The position numbers and the translations under genes are program-made. A stretch of 64,000 nucleotides of DNA from Psychrilyobacter atlanticus DSM 19335 (lineage in GTDB: Bacteria > Fusobacteriota > Fusobacteriia > Fusobacteriales > Fusobacteriaceae). Under the pieces are notes generated by a model that was not told the DNA's origin, did no database searches, and was given only the letters and a program-made list of their open reading frames with translations. The stretch spans positions 1,477,159 through 1,541,158 of the forward strand of contig NZ_KE384547.1 of assembly GCF_000426625.1 (NCBI RefSeq). Direction: 5' to 3'. This document shows positions 39,750 through 49,791 of this stretch, piece by piece (within the stretch, counting starts at the first letter, position 1; the number at the start of each line of letters is the position of its first letter).

Positions 39750-40198
39750 TTATCACCTTTGTTACTTGGAGGATTATATTTTTCTAATTCTTCCAGGGAT
39801 TTCAATACATGTTTTTCTACGATCTTTTTAATATCCGGATTTTCTTTTTGTTCTATTTCAATAATAATTTTTCTACTAGCACTGAGAAGCTGTGACTTAA
39901 ACTTAATTAACATGTCAGACAAGGCCCCTCTAACTATATGATCAGGATAATATTCATCTTTTAAAATTTTTAAGTTGAATTCTTGAGTTTCTCTTTTTGC
40001 TTTTTTTAATTTCTGATCTTCAAGATTATGGTCTCCATGTTTACTTTTTATCTGCTTGATATACTCTTTAACACATTCTTTATACAAATATTCTCCAGGA
40101 GCATATTTGAAATTTTTAAATAGAGATCTCACTTGTCTTTCAGTGATTAAAAACTGCTTAGCTAATTGTTTTTCACTGATTAAAATTGTCTGTCCCAT
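39746..40198 (-). CDS. Putative terminase small subunit
   Basis: 150 aa, immediately upstream of and overlapping the large terminase. N-terminal HTH-like segment. Confidence 0.4.
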   Translation of the reverse strand: MGQTILISEKQLAKQFLITERQVRSLFKNFKYAPGEYLYKECVKEYIKQIKSKHGDHNLEDQKLKKAKRETQEFNLKILKDEYYPDHIVRGALSDMLIKFKSQLLSASRKIIIEIEQKENPDIKKIVEKHVLKSLEELEKYNPPSNKGDK

Positions 40199-40304
40199 AT
40201 ATCCTCCTAAAAATTTTGGAAGTCTCGAATAAAAAATTTCAGACGGAAAAACTTCCGCAAATTATCCCCGCAAAGCTCTCTGTAGAACGCTCACAGTACC
40301 TTTT
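40199..40304. promoter_or_regulatory. Candidate cos/packaging site region
   Basis: 106-bp non-coding gap directly upstream of the small terminase gene. Locally GC-rich (CCCCGCAAAGCTCTCTGTAGAACGCTCACAG). Lambda-like GpA terminases use a cos site upstream of Nu1. Confidence 0.25.
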
Positions 40305-41060
40305 TTAATCTTCCTCATCTATCCTAACTACTTCTTTGCCTGAAGCTGTTGTTCCACTGTGCTTCTTCTCTGTTGCATAACTATATCCAAGGATGTTATT
40401 GATCTCTCTTATGGCACTGATCTCTGTGTCCAGGGACTTCTTACTCTTTACAATCTTCTTTGTTTTCCTGCCCTTTGGTGTATTCTCCTCTACATACTCT
40501 GTCTCTGTCACACCTTCCTTGGCTCTTCTTTTGATATCTCTCAGGTCATTGATCTGTGCGTATGCTCCTAGCTTTGTATCTGTGATAAGATCTTTTCTTA
40601 GTTCTTCTATGGTTTGAGTTAGATTTCTAGATCGTTCCACATCATAGGTCTTAGTCTTATCTGAATAGCCGGCTATCTTCTTAGCTTCCTCTGTCCCATT
40701 TCCTTCCAGCCTGGCTTTGACATACTTGGTCTGTTTTTCTGTCAACCCATTAAAGGTGCATTTAATTGCATTTTTTTCTTCTACTATCTCTGCTATGTAT
40801 TCTCTGTAATGAACTTCATGTCTATAGATCCAGGCAGTGATTGTATTTACCGGTAACTTCATCCTCTTGGATATCTCTTGGTATTTAGCCTTCTTAGTCT
40901 TTCCAAACTTATTAGCTGTAAGTTGCACATATAGTTCCAGTGCTGCTAATTGATCTTTAGTTAGTTTATCTATCTTCTTTCTGGCCATATATTTACTCCT
41001 AATTCTCAACTTTATACTTAAAATTAATATAAGTTTCTTAAGTTTTACTTTGGTTTTCAT
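40305..41060 (-). CDS. Hypothetical HTH-containing phage protein (possible late regulator or alternative small terminase)
   Basis: 251 aa. Basic N-terminal helix-turn-helix-like segment. Confidence 0.3.
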   Translation of the reverse strand: MKTKVKLKKLILILSIKLRIRSKYMARKKIDKLTKDQLAALELYVQLTANKFGKTKKAKYQEISKRMKLPVNTITAWIYRHEVHYREYIAEIVEEKNAIKCTFNGLTEKQTKYVKARLEGNGTEEAKKIAGYSDKTKTYDVERSRNLTQTIEELRKDLITDTKLGAYAQINDLRDIKRRAKEGVTETEYVEENTPKGRKTKKIVKSKKSLDTEISAIREINNILGYSYATEKKHSGTTASGKEVVRIDEED

Positions 41061-41098
41061 GTTATACTTTCAGCAAACAATACGTAGGAGGAACAAAT

Positions 41099-41320
41099 AT
41101 GCTTTTTTACATCGATATGAAAACCCAAAAGATTCACACTAAGAAATGTCTACAACTGATAAGGTACCTTGATTTACCGTTAGCCCTTCGTACTAAACTC
41201 AGGTTTTATCTTAGTTTAGGACTCCATAAGAATTTAGAATCTGCAGTACTTAAGGCTATAAATAAAGGTTATATTAATGCTAGTGCCGATTCTTGCTGTT
41301 GTAACTTGGTGGAATGGTAG
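41099..41320 (+). CDS. Hypothetical small protein on the opposite strand, with a strong RBS
   Basis: 73-aa ORF preceded by AGGAGG 7 nt upstream of the ATG. Lies in an intergenic gap between minus-strand genes. Confidence 0.3.
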   Translation: MLFYIDMKTQKIHTKKCLQLIRYLDLPLALRTKLRFYLSLGLHKNLESAVLKAINKGYINASADSCCCNLVEW

Positions 41321-41356
41321 CTTGGAATAGTAATTAGAGCCATTTATTGGCTCTTT

Positions 41357-42673
41357 TTATTCTTTATAATTTTCTTTTACTTCATCCCAAGTATATTCTT
41401 GACCATCTCTGATGAGTGTTATATCTTCTTTGGCTATTGCATACCTCTTTACTTCTACATCTACATACTTTGGATCAAACTCCATTAAATATGCTGTTCT
41501 ATCTATCTGATCACAACTCATAAGAGTGCTTCCACTTCCTCCAAACCAATCCACTACGAGATCTCCCGGCTTAGTATTATTTAAAATTAGCCTGGCTAAT
41601 AGCTTTAATGGTTTCATTGTAGGATGAACATCATTTCGTGTTGGTTTATCTTCTCTAATGATTGTTGAGTGCTGTTCTAGTAGTTTTGTCATTTTCACTA
41701 TATATTCTCTAAGTTCACTCTTGCCCATACTGTTAAGAGTTCCAGGTAGTTCTAGTACTGTGTCTTGTGTGTAGTCTTTAATAAAATAGTGTGCTGCTCC
41801 CTCTTTCCATCCATAGAGTATTGGTTCATGTCTCCAGTTGTAGTCCTGCCTCGATAGATTGAATCCATTCTTAACCCATATGAGGCACTGAGATATCTTT
41901 AGCTTAGCTTCTTTTAATGCTCCTCTAAATGCTTCTGTCTCTATATCTGCATGGAATATATAATATGCTCCTCCTGGTTCCAGATACTTATGCATATTCT
42001 TATAAAACCTTAATAGGAAATCATAGAAATCTTTTGAATTCATATTGTCATTGATGATCTTCTTTCCATCCTCTGACTCATAATTTATGTTATATGGTGG
42101 ATCAGTTATACATAGCTTCCCTTTGCTCCCATCCATCAGTCTCTTAGCATCTTCTTTGGAAGTAGAATCACCACATAAAACTTTATGTCTTCCTAACAGC
42201 CATAGGTCACCTTGCTTAGTGAAAGGTTCTTTGTGTTCTTCTACTTCTGGTGCATCTATCTCTTCTATGTTTTCAGAGCTTTCCAGTTCCTCTTCAATCA
42301 GTTTTTGAACTTCTTCAGTATCAAAACCGGTAAGATATGATTTATCTCCTAATGATTTTAATTCTTCATATAGTTTTTCAAACTCCCACTCACCTAATTC
42401 AGCTGCTCTTGATTCTCCTATTCTGATTATTTGTATATCTTCTTCAGATAGATTTTCTATTCGATAGCAATTAATCTCTTGAATCCCTAATTCTACCAAT
42501 GCTACATACCTAGCCGGCTCTCCTACAACTACATTGTTCTTATCAATGACTAATGGAATATACTGATTGTAAGTTTTAATTAAATTCTTATATAGCTTTA
42601 CCTGGGCATCGGTATATATTCTTGAGGTATAACCTATGCTTATCTCTGATATATTTACAATAATTTGATTCAT
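41357..42673 (-). CDS. ParB-like nuclease domain fused to a DNA methyltransferase (N6-adenine/N4-cytosine type)
   Basis: N-terminal ParB/Srx-like region. Motif IV DPPY (CITDPPYNI). C-terminal motif I FGGSGST. Confidence 0.7.
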   Translation of the reverse strand: MNQIIVNISEISIGYTSRIYTDAQVKLYKNLIKTYNQYIPLVIDKNNVVVGEPARYVALVELGIQEINCYRIENLSEEDIQIIRIGESRAAELGEWEFEKLYEELKSLGDKSYLTGFDTEEVQKLIEEELESSENIEEIDAPEVEEHKEPFTKQGDLWLLGRHKVLCGDSTSKEDAKRLMDGSKGKLCITDPPYNINYESEDGKKIINDNMNSKDFYDFLLRFYKNMHKYLEPGGAYYIFHADIETEAFRGALKEAKLKISQCLIWVKNGFNLSRQDYNWRHEPILYGWKEGAAHYFIKDYTQDTVLELPGTLNSMGKSELREYIVKMTKLLEQHSTIIREDKPTRNDVHPTMKPLKLLARLILNNTKPGDLVVDWFGGSGSTLMSCDQIDRTAYLMEFDPKYVDVEVKRYAIAKEDITLIRDGQEYTWDEVKENYKE

Positions 42674-42807
42674 GATAGCTCCTCCATCTTCGTAAAATGT
42701 CGTTACTTGTTTTAGCTAAAATCTTTTTAATATTAAATACTCTTTCAGGACTTAGATACTTTCTACTTATTATTACGCGAGGCAAATGTCTCTAGGTACT
42801 ATTTTTA

Positions 42808-43941
42808 TTAAGATGTTACTTTTTTTTTTACCAAAAACCCCTCATGTTTATGATGGTTTTTAAGCTGATTAAAAGTTAAATGTTTCTTGTAACTACATTT
42901 AACTTCACATTCGATTAGAAGTAATTTATTTATAAATAACTCTAGCCGTTCTATATTTTTAAAATTATCTCTATATGGAGAACTCCTTATTTGGCTTTCC
43001 CTCAATGCTATCTTAACTGTCCTTCGATATCTTTCTATCTGTGCTCTAGATCTCTTACTATTTCTGGTTATAATTGAATTTAATATCTTTTCATCGTAGA
43101 TCCATTCTTCATAATCTCTAACCAGGTTAGATAGTTCTCTCGAATCAAAATCAAAGAATTTCTTTTCTAAGATCTTGTCGTTCCGGGATAATTCATTTAC
43201 TATCAATTTAAATAGTTTTTCTCCAATATGATTTTTAACTGAGTTTGTTATATCTTTTATGGTAAGATCATTGACACTGTTTGTCTGACATACTCTTTTG
43301 ATTATAGATTGGGTTATCTTATGCTCTAATTTAATTAATGCACCTTTTTGCTTCTTCAAGTTTTTCTTATTGTGTTCATGTGCTTTTGAATATAATCTGA
43401 TCTGCCATCCAACCATGATCTTAAATAAGAACCCTGTAGAATAAAACCTGTCCATAGTTGATCTATAGTTTGAATAGACCAGGCTGTCTTTAGTATCATA
43501 TTCCCTGGCTAAGGCCCTATAAAATATCATAATTAGATTATTAAACTTATAGAATGAACCTATATACTCCTGAACAGCTAATTCAAAATAATCATAGAAT
43601 AGATCATGGATAGTTATCTCATTATCCAGGGATATTTCTCTTACTAAATTTAAGATCTTATCATCTACAATTTTCTTTTCTATCTCTGAGGTTAGTGGAT
43701 ACAGGTTAGTTGCTGCATTACTCCTGGGATAAGAAAAATCTATTTTTATTGTAGAAGTTTTATTTAAATGACTTATAACCTTGATCTCATTTATGTTTTC
43801 TTTTCCTATGGAGTAATTTTGTGTATCTCCTAATGCTTTTCTGCCTAGGATATGACGGTACTTTTTTCGTATTCCTATGTCTATTAACTCAATATGAGCA
43901 TCAACTAATACCCATATAGAAGCTCTATCTAGCCCTACCAT
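42808..43941 (-). CDS. Hypothetical protein (377 aa)
   Basis: No recognisable motif. Highly basic C-terminal half. Confidence 0.3.
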   Translation of the reverse strand: MVGLDRASIWVLVDAHIELIDIGIRKKYRHILGRKALGDTQNYSIGKENINEIKVISHLNKTSTIKIDFSYPRSNAATNLYPLTSEIEKKIVDDKILNLVREISLDNEITIHDLFYDYFELAVQEYIGSFYKFNNLIMIFYRALAREYDTKDSLVYSNYRSTMDRFYSTGFLFKIMVGWQIRLYSKAHEHNKKNLKKQKGALIKLEHKITQSIIKRVCQTNSVNDLTIKDITNSVKNHIGEKLFKLIVNELSRNDKILEKKFFDFDSRELSNLVRDYEEWIYDEKILNSIITRNSKRSRAQIERYRRTVKIALRESQIRSSPYRDNFKNIERLELFINKLLLIECEVKCSYKKHLTFNQLKNHHKHEGFLVKKKVTS

Positions 43942-44042
43942 ATCCCCTCCTTCTTAACTTATGTATTCATAGAGATACTGCAATAGTGATTTGTTTTAGG
44001 AGGTCCACTTCATTGCAATATCTTTAAAAATACATAAAATTT

Positions 44043-44324
44043 TTATTTTAGTTTCCTGGCTTTCTCTACACAATAGTTTTCTATCTCTAATGCTACATAT
44101 CCCTCTTTGGAAGGTATTCTGTCCCTTATAAATCTCTGCATATTATCCCAATCAAAGTTTATTTTAGTGTATAGCTCTTCTTTTTCTACCTTCCCCATGG
44201 ATTTCCATCCTATCTTTGCAAGATCCTTTCTTTCATCTTCCAGGGCTTTTATTTGTGTTTGTCTAAGCTCTCTTTGCTCTTTCCAATTCATATCTCCTCC
44301 CCTGCTGGGTAATTGAGTTCCCAC
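44043..44324 (-). CDS. Hypothetical small protein
   Basis: 93-aa ORF, charged. No motif. Confidence 0.25.
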   Translation of the reverse strand: MGTQLPSRGGDMNWKEQRELRQTQIKALEDERKDLAKIGWKSMGKVEKEELYTKINFDWDNMQRFIRDRIPSKEGYVALEIENYCVEKARKLK

Positions 44325-44448
44325 CTTCTCAATGTTGAATAGTTTCCCGTTAAATTAACTATTTCCCTAAAAAAAAGAACCCATTAAAGACAATCTAGTA
44401 AAATACATACTAAATTATCGATAATGGGTTCAAGACCTCGAATATCAT

Positions 44449-44646
44449 TTATTTTGTTTTAAATTTATTTATTGAGTTACAATTGGAGCATATAATAGTT
44501 GATTCTATCCCATTAGAAGAATAATTTGTTTTTCCCTTTATCATAAAATAATCATTTTCTATGGTAGCTAATTTTCGATTACATTTTTTACACCTTATTT
44601 CTTTTTTCTCATCTTTTAATTTAGTCATCCATCCTCCTACATTCAA
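44449..44646 (-). CDS. Small zinc-ribbon protein
   Basis: CKKCNRK...CSNCNS pattern. The probable start is the internal Met with RBS AGGAGG. Confidence 0.35.
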   Translation of the reverse strand: MNVGGWMTKLKDEKKEIRCKKCNRKLATIENDYFMIKGKTNYSSNGIESTIICSNCNSINKFKTK

Positions 44647-44664
44647 TTTTAAAATGCTTATTAA

Positions 44665-44835
44665 CTACATAACATCTAAAATTGATCTAATTTCAGATAG
44701 AGCTTTTAAATCTCCTCTATTAATTGCTTTTCTTAATCCCCAGGCTGATTTAAACTTTGAAAGTGTAACTAGTTTAGTAAAAGTAACATTCTTATCAATT
44801 AATTGTTTTTTGATTTCCTTCATATGTTCGCTCAT
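44665..44835 (-). CDS. Hypothetical small protein (56 aa)
   Basis: ATG at 44835 with RBS AGGTGA. Not in the ORF track because it is under 60 aa. Confidence 0.25.
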   Translation of the reverse strand: MSEHMKEIKKQLIDKNVTFTKLVTLSKFKSAWGLRKAINRGDLKALSEIRSILDVM

Positions 44836-44945
44836 AATTTCACCTCATAAATTATATTACACTAAAAAAAGCTAATTAGCAATAATAAATTTTTAAAAAA
44901 TAAAAAAACTTGGATATCTCACCAAGTTTTCATTAATTACTTTTA

Positions 44946-45212
44946 TTATTTATTTAAAGCATAAAATTCAATAGCTTTATTTTTCATATCTTCAATATTT
45001 TTAAACTTAGTATAAGTTGTAATCATATTTTGTAGGTGCTTTTCCTGGGTCATTCCCTTTCCAAGTTTGATATTAACTTTCTCCTCAAACTCCTCCATTG
45101 ACCTAAGAGTTGAATATTCTTTAAAAAATTTTTCTGAAAGTAGTTCCTCTGTTGAAATTTCACCATTGTCCAAAGCCTTCATAACTGTCTTTATAGCTAA
45201 TTTATCTACCAT
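44946..45212 (-). CDS. Hypothetical small protein
   Basis: 88-aa ORF. Confidence 0.3.
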   Translation of the reverse strand: MVDKLAIKTVMKALDNGEISTEELLSEKFFKEYSTLRSMEEFEEKVNIKLGKGMTQEKHLQNMITTYTKFKNIEDMKNKAIEFYALNK

Positions 45213-45239
45213 TGTTACCCCTCCATATTTTTTAAATAA

Positions 45240-46145
45240 TTATCCTCCTACATTCTCAAAAGAAATCTTTATTAATTCCTTTGCTGTTTCTAAATCCTTT
45301 TCCTCAGTTATATAAAACTGAAAATTTCCAGTTCCAAAATGTCCTATATTAGTTACATCTCTTCCAACGTCTTTCCACTTTTCTAACTCACTACTAGTAA
45401 ACTTTAAGTTTATTATTATTCTTTTCTTTTGGCATTCAAGACTTGTAAAGTTTTTAGCTATCTTATATGCCACATAATTCTTTTGAGGGACTTCTTCTAC
45501 TTCTTCACTTAAGTTAACTGTATAGTCCCTTATGTCATCTATAAATTCTTTCAAATCAGTAGTTCCTAATTTATTGGATATTCGTTCATATGTCCAAACA
45601 GGTTTTTCTGTTTCTTTTTCATCTACACGAACTACTTTTTCTTTGCATTTGTTATTTTCCATGTTAACAAATATCTCCTCAAGATTAAACATCCCGTTTT
45701 CAAAGTTTTTATATTTCCAGAGTTCTATTGATTTATTCATGACTTTTACAGCATGAAGATCATATTTTTTATATCCTGGAGCGATACAAATAACCCTTAT
45801 ATTACTCCAGTCAATATCTATATATCCAAGCTGTTTATTAACAGCCATTTGAAAATCTCCCTTGTGGTCTTCTAACCAAGACAGATAATATAGTGATTGG
45901 TTAAGAAGACTTGAAGATTCTTCTTTTTTATATTCAATGATTACAGGGTTATTATCTTCAGATATAGCTATAGTATCTATCCTTCCAGAGTGAATACTAC
46001 CAGTATAAAACTCTGAAGCTACAAATTTACAATTAAATATTTCTTCTAAATTATTTTCAACTAATTGTTGGAGCTCTCTTTCTAGTGGAAAATTCTTTTG
46101 TTTTACTACATTAAGAACCCCATTTTCTTGATTAAATAATGGCAT
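45240..46145 (-). CDS. Putative PD-(D/E)xK nuclease-fold protein (NucS/DUF91-like N-terminus)
   Basis: The GRIDTIAI...VIIEYKK motif matches the D...(D/E)xK pattern of restriction-endonuclease-like folds. Sits downstream of hsdS. Confidence 0.35.
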   Translation of the reverse strand: MPLFNQENGVLNVVKQKNFPLERELQQLVENNLEEIFNCKFVASEFYTGSIHSGRIDTIAISEDNNPVIIEYKKEESSSLLNQSLYYLSWLEDHKGDFQMAVNKQLGYIDIDWSNIRVICIAPGYKKYDLHAVKVMNKSIELWKYKNFENGMFNLEEIFVNMENNKCKEKVVRVDEKETEKPVWTYERISNKLGTTDLKEFIDDIRDYTVNLSEEVEEVPQKNYVAYKIAKNFTSLECQKKRIIINLKFTSSELEKWKDVGRDVTNIGHFGTGNFQFYITEEKDLETAKELIKISFENVGG

Positions 46146-46158
46146 AGTTATGTCTCCT

Positions 46159-46983
46159 TTATTTTTTTAAATTAAATAAACTCTCTTCGTTTGAAGAAAA
46201 TACCTGTTTCGAGCAATTTTTCCCTACATCGTTAGCATAAGAAATCATTTTAGAATCTGCAGGAAGAATACAATTATTTTTTAAGTCTGGATAATTAGGA
46301 TATAAAGCTAAACAATAATCTTTACTTAAAGGGAAAAAATGTATCTGCGTGTATGAGTCTAGTGAAACACCACTAGAATAAGCACAAAATTTTATTTTAG
46401 AATTTTCTTTTGCCTCAAGAATAACCCATTTTTTTTGTAAAAAGAATCGACTTATTTCATTAAATGGAAAATTTTTTAATGTTTCTAAGTGTGATAATTG
46501 TTTATCTATACTAAATTTTATTTTATTTTCAGGAATATCATTATTAAACATACCTTTTTCTTTTAATATTTGATAAGCCCCTTTAAATGCCCATGAATTA
46601 ATTTCAGCTGCCATTTCCCTAAATTTATCTGTTCTACTTATTTGAAAAGCGAGATAAAATGCCAGATGACCTTTTGTTTTTGAATCAAAAATATTTTGTA
46701 TATTAAGTAATCCATTTGGATAAACTCTGTTATAAAAAGGTACTTCAATATATTTGCTTATATAGTCTTCTAGTTCGTTATTGGGAGCATCCTTATCAAC
46801 CTCATAAAAATAATGTTCTGAACAAATTTTTTCTATTCTTTTTTTTAATATTTTTAAATTATCAACATCTAGTACATAAACTTTAGCTTTTTTTCGATCT
46901 TTATTTTTTGAGTTTATTTGAAATTTTCTTAAATATCCTTGTGGAATGTAATGTTGATTTTTTACTAAGTTTAATTTAGACAT
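46159..46983 (-). CDS. DUF4238-family protein (defence-island associated)
   Basis: N-terminal HYIPQGYLRKF matches the hallmark HY(I/V)PxFYLxxF start of DUF4238 proteins. Confidence 0.5.
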   Translation of the reverse strand: MSKLNLVKNQHYIPQGYLRKFQINSKNKDRKKAKVYVLDVDNLKILKKRIEKICSEHYFYEVDKDAPNNELEDYISKYIEVPFYNRVYPNGLLNIQNIFDSKTKGHLAFYLAFQISRTDKFREMAAEINSWAFKGAYQILKEKGMFNNDIPENKIKFSIDKQLSHLETLKNFPFNEISRFFLQKKWVILEAKENSKIKFCAYSSGVSLDSYTQIHFFPLSKDYCLALYPNYPDLKNNCILPADSKMISYANDVGKNCSKQVFSSNEESLFNLKK

Positions 46984-47016
46984 CCTTAACCTCCTCTAAT
47001 CACTTCAGTATTATTT

Positions 47017-48234
47017 TTACACAAACATCTGTTGTAATAATCCCTTTTTAAAATCTTTCATTTCATTTATTTTGGTATTAACTACCCCTATTTTTTTATC
47101 AATCATCGATAGAAAATTAGCTATTCTATTTTGCTCTTCAAGACATGGATAAAATAATTTAAGATCTCCAAAAACAGAATAACTAATCTGTTTCCCATCA
47201 CGAATTCCTACAACTGCACTATTCAATCTAGAAATGAAATCTTCTTTTTTTAGATAATTTTTATAAAAAACATCTGAAATAGATAACTTCGGTTTTAATA
47301 CTGTATAAGCGGGACTACTGATACCTAAAATATTAGAATATTCTATTCCTCCTTGAAAGGATCTTAAACTGATTACAAAATCTCCCGGTTCAATAATTTT
47401 ATAATTTTTTATCCCTGCTTCTGAAGAATTAATTTTAAGATTTAAGTTATCCCTCAAAACTACACCTTTATCTTGTGTTACTGCTAATATGGGTAAATCT
47501 CCATTGTGTTCTTTATTAGATTGATTCTTAAATATTTCCTTAGCTTTCAAAAATTCCCAAGCAGGATACTCATTCCCATTCTCATTTTTAAACTTAATCT
47601 CTTGAGAAAATATTTTTTGCATTATTCCTTTCTTATATTCCTCTAATAATTCTTTCTTTTCTTCCAATTTTCCTATCTTGTTGTCTACAGATGATAGAAA
47701 TGAAGCTATTTTTTTTTGCTCAAATATAGTAGGATACACTATCTTTAATTTAGCTATTTCTTTAGTATTTATAACTCCCTGAGTTGATCCTGCTGTAACT
47801 GCTAATGTTTGTTTTTTTACTCTGTCAGAATTAATCAAATTAATCAGAAGAATATTATTCATAAATTCTTTGGCCCTAAGAATGACTATATTAAGAGTAT
47901 TTGCACTATCTATGTCTGTATATAATGATGCTTGACCATTCGAACCATGTCTAGCAATTAATATATCTCCATTTAAAATCTGTGATTTTTTATTTTTTTC
48001 ATGAAATTCATTTGTTACATATTTTATATTTTTGGTTACAACTTTTCCATTAACTAGATTACCTGTTCTAATAAGTTTTACACCTTTACTTGACGTAGTA
48101 TAAAACTTTTCACAAGTCCCTACAAAACCAACATTCAATTTTGAACAAACTTCAGATAAATTTTTACTCTCCCAATCCCCATTAAACTCTTTAAATCTTA
48201 ATTTAGGTTGTAATTTATTTTCCATAGCTACCAC
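47017..48234 (-). CDS. hsdS: Type I restriction-modification specificity subunit
   Basis: 405 aa. Two target-recognition-domain halves separated by conserved coiled-coil repeats. Immediately downstream of and abutting hsdM. Confidence 0.75.
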   Translation of the reverse strand: MVAMENKLQPKLRFKEFNGDWESKNLSEVCSKLNVGFVGTCEKFYTTSSKGVKLIRTGNLVNGKVVTKNIKYVTNEFHEKNKKSQILNGDILIARHGSNGQASLYTDIDSANTLNIVILRAKEFMNNILLINLINSDRVKKQTLAVTAGSTQGVINTKEIAKLKIVYPTIFEQKKIASFLSSVDNKIGKLEEKKELLEEYKKGIMQKIFSQEIKFKNENGNEYPAWEFLKAKEIFKNQSNKEHNGDLPILAVTQDKGVVLRDNLNLKINSSEAGIKNYKIIEPGDFVISLRSFQGGIEYSNILGISSPAYTVLKPKLSISDVFYKNYLKKEDFISRLNSAVVGIRDGKQISYSVFGDLKLFYPCLEEQNRIANFLSMIDKKIGVVNTKINEMKDFKKGLLQQMFV

Positions 48235-49776
48235 CTAAACCATTGGAGCTTCTATTCCAAGCTCCTCACAATACCTTTTTATTTCTTCATCAATATCTTT
48301 CATACTTTCATCTAATGCTTTTATTTTTTTAGCTGTTTCTTTTAAATCTATTTCCTCTTCCTCTTCAAATGTATCAACATATCTTGGGATATTGAGATTA
48401 TAGTCATTTTCTTTTATCTCTTCCATAGTAGCTAGGTGGGAAAACTTCTCTATCCCTTCTCTTTTTTTGTAAGTTTCAATTATTTTTTCTACGTCACTGT
48501 CTTTCAACATATTTTGATTCTTATTCTTTTCAAATAATTTACTTGCATCTATGAATAATACGTTATCCGATACTTCCCTGCACTTTTTAAAAACTAAAAC
48601 ACAAGTTGGGATAGATGTCCCATAAAATATATTAGCCGGTAGTCCGATTACTGCATCTAGATAGTTTTTTTCTTCCAACAGGTATTTCCTGATAGTTCCT
48701 TCAGCTGCTCCTCTAAATAATACTCCATGAGGTAATACAGTTGCCATAGTCCCGTTATCATCTAATTGATGGATCATATGTTGTACAAAAGCAAAATCAG
48801 CCTTAGTTTTCGGTGCTAACTTACCATAACTAGCAAATCTTTCATCAGATAAAAATATCTGATTAGCAGACCATTTTGCAGAAAATGGAGGATTAGCCAC
48901 TACAGCTTCAAACCTTTCCTCTCTGTGATGAGGTTCTTCTAGTGTATCTCCCTGTAAGATATCAAAATCACTAAATTTAACATCATGTAATATCATGTTC
49001 ATCCGAGCCAAGTTATATGTGGTAGTATTTAATTCCTGCCCATAAAAATGACTTACTTTGCTTTCTTTAGCTACTCTTAGAAGAAGTGATCCTGATCCAC
49101 AAGTAGGGTCATATACAGATTTTAATTTTGTTTTATTTGCTGTTACTAATTTTGCAAGTATCTTTGATACCTGTTGAGGAGTATAAAACTCTCCTGCCTT
49201 TTTACCTGCTCCACTTGCAAATTCTCCTATAAGGTATTCATAGGCATCTCCTAATACATCTATCTCTGTGTCTTCATGTTTAAATTTTATTTCATCCAAA
49301 TGTTTTATTACTTCAGATATTAATGTATTTTTCTGTTCTACAGTTCTTCCTAATTTACTGGATGTAAGGTCTACATCTTCAAATAAACCTGTAAAATCCT
49401 GTTCACTGTCATGACCTAATGCTGATTCTTCTACAAGTTTTAAAGCTTTAGTTAGATCTTCTATAACCATCTCTTTATTTCTAGCTCTTTCAGATAGATT
49501 ATGGAATAAGTATTTTGGTTCAATAAAATATCCTAATTCATCTATAATAGCTTCTTTTAATTCTTCCATTAACTCACTGTCTTTAACAGCATCTATAAAT
49601 GTAATTCCATCTTCTTTTAATTCTTCATTTGCAAAATCTTCTATTTTTTCAGATAAAAATTTAAAGAATATAAATCCTAAAATATAATCTCTAAATTCAT
49701 CTGCTCCCATATTTCCTCTTAGTTCATTGGCTATTGCCCATAGTCTTTTCTCTAATTCCTGCTTATGTTCTGACAT
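48235..49776 (-). CDS. hsdM: Type I restriction-modification DNA methyltransferase subunit
   Basis: HsdM N-terminal domain. SAM-binding motif. Catalytic NPPF (VANPPFS). Confidence 0.85.
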   Translation of the reverse strand: MSEHKQELEKRLWAIANELRGNMGADEFRDYILGFIFFKFLSEKIEDFANEELKEDGITFIDAVKDSELMEELKEAIIDELGYFIEPKYLFHNLSERARNKEMVIEDLTKALKLVEESALGHDSEQDFTGLFEDVDLTSSKLGRTVEQKNTLISEVIKHLDEIKFKHEDTEIDVLGDAYEYLIGEFASGAGKKAGEFYTPQQVSKILAKLVTANKTKLKSVYDPTCGSGSLLLRVAKESKVSHFYGQELNTTTYNLARMNMILHDVKFSDFDILQGDTLEEPHHREERFEAVVANPPFSAKWSANQIFLSDERFASYGKLAPKTKADFAFVQHMIHQLDDNGTMATVLPHGVLFRGAAEGTIRKYLLEEKNYLDAVIGLPANIFYGTSIPTCVLVFKKCREVSDNVLFIDASKLFEKNKNQNMLKDSDVEKIIETYKKREGIEKFSHLATMEEIKENDYNLNIPRYVDTFEEEEEIDLKETAKKIKALDESMKDIDEEIKRYCEELGIEAPMV

Positions 49777-49791
49777 TTATTTATCTCCTAT

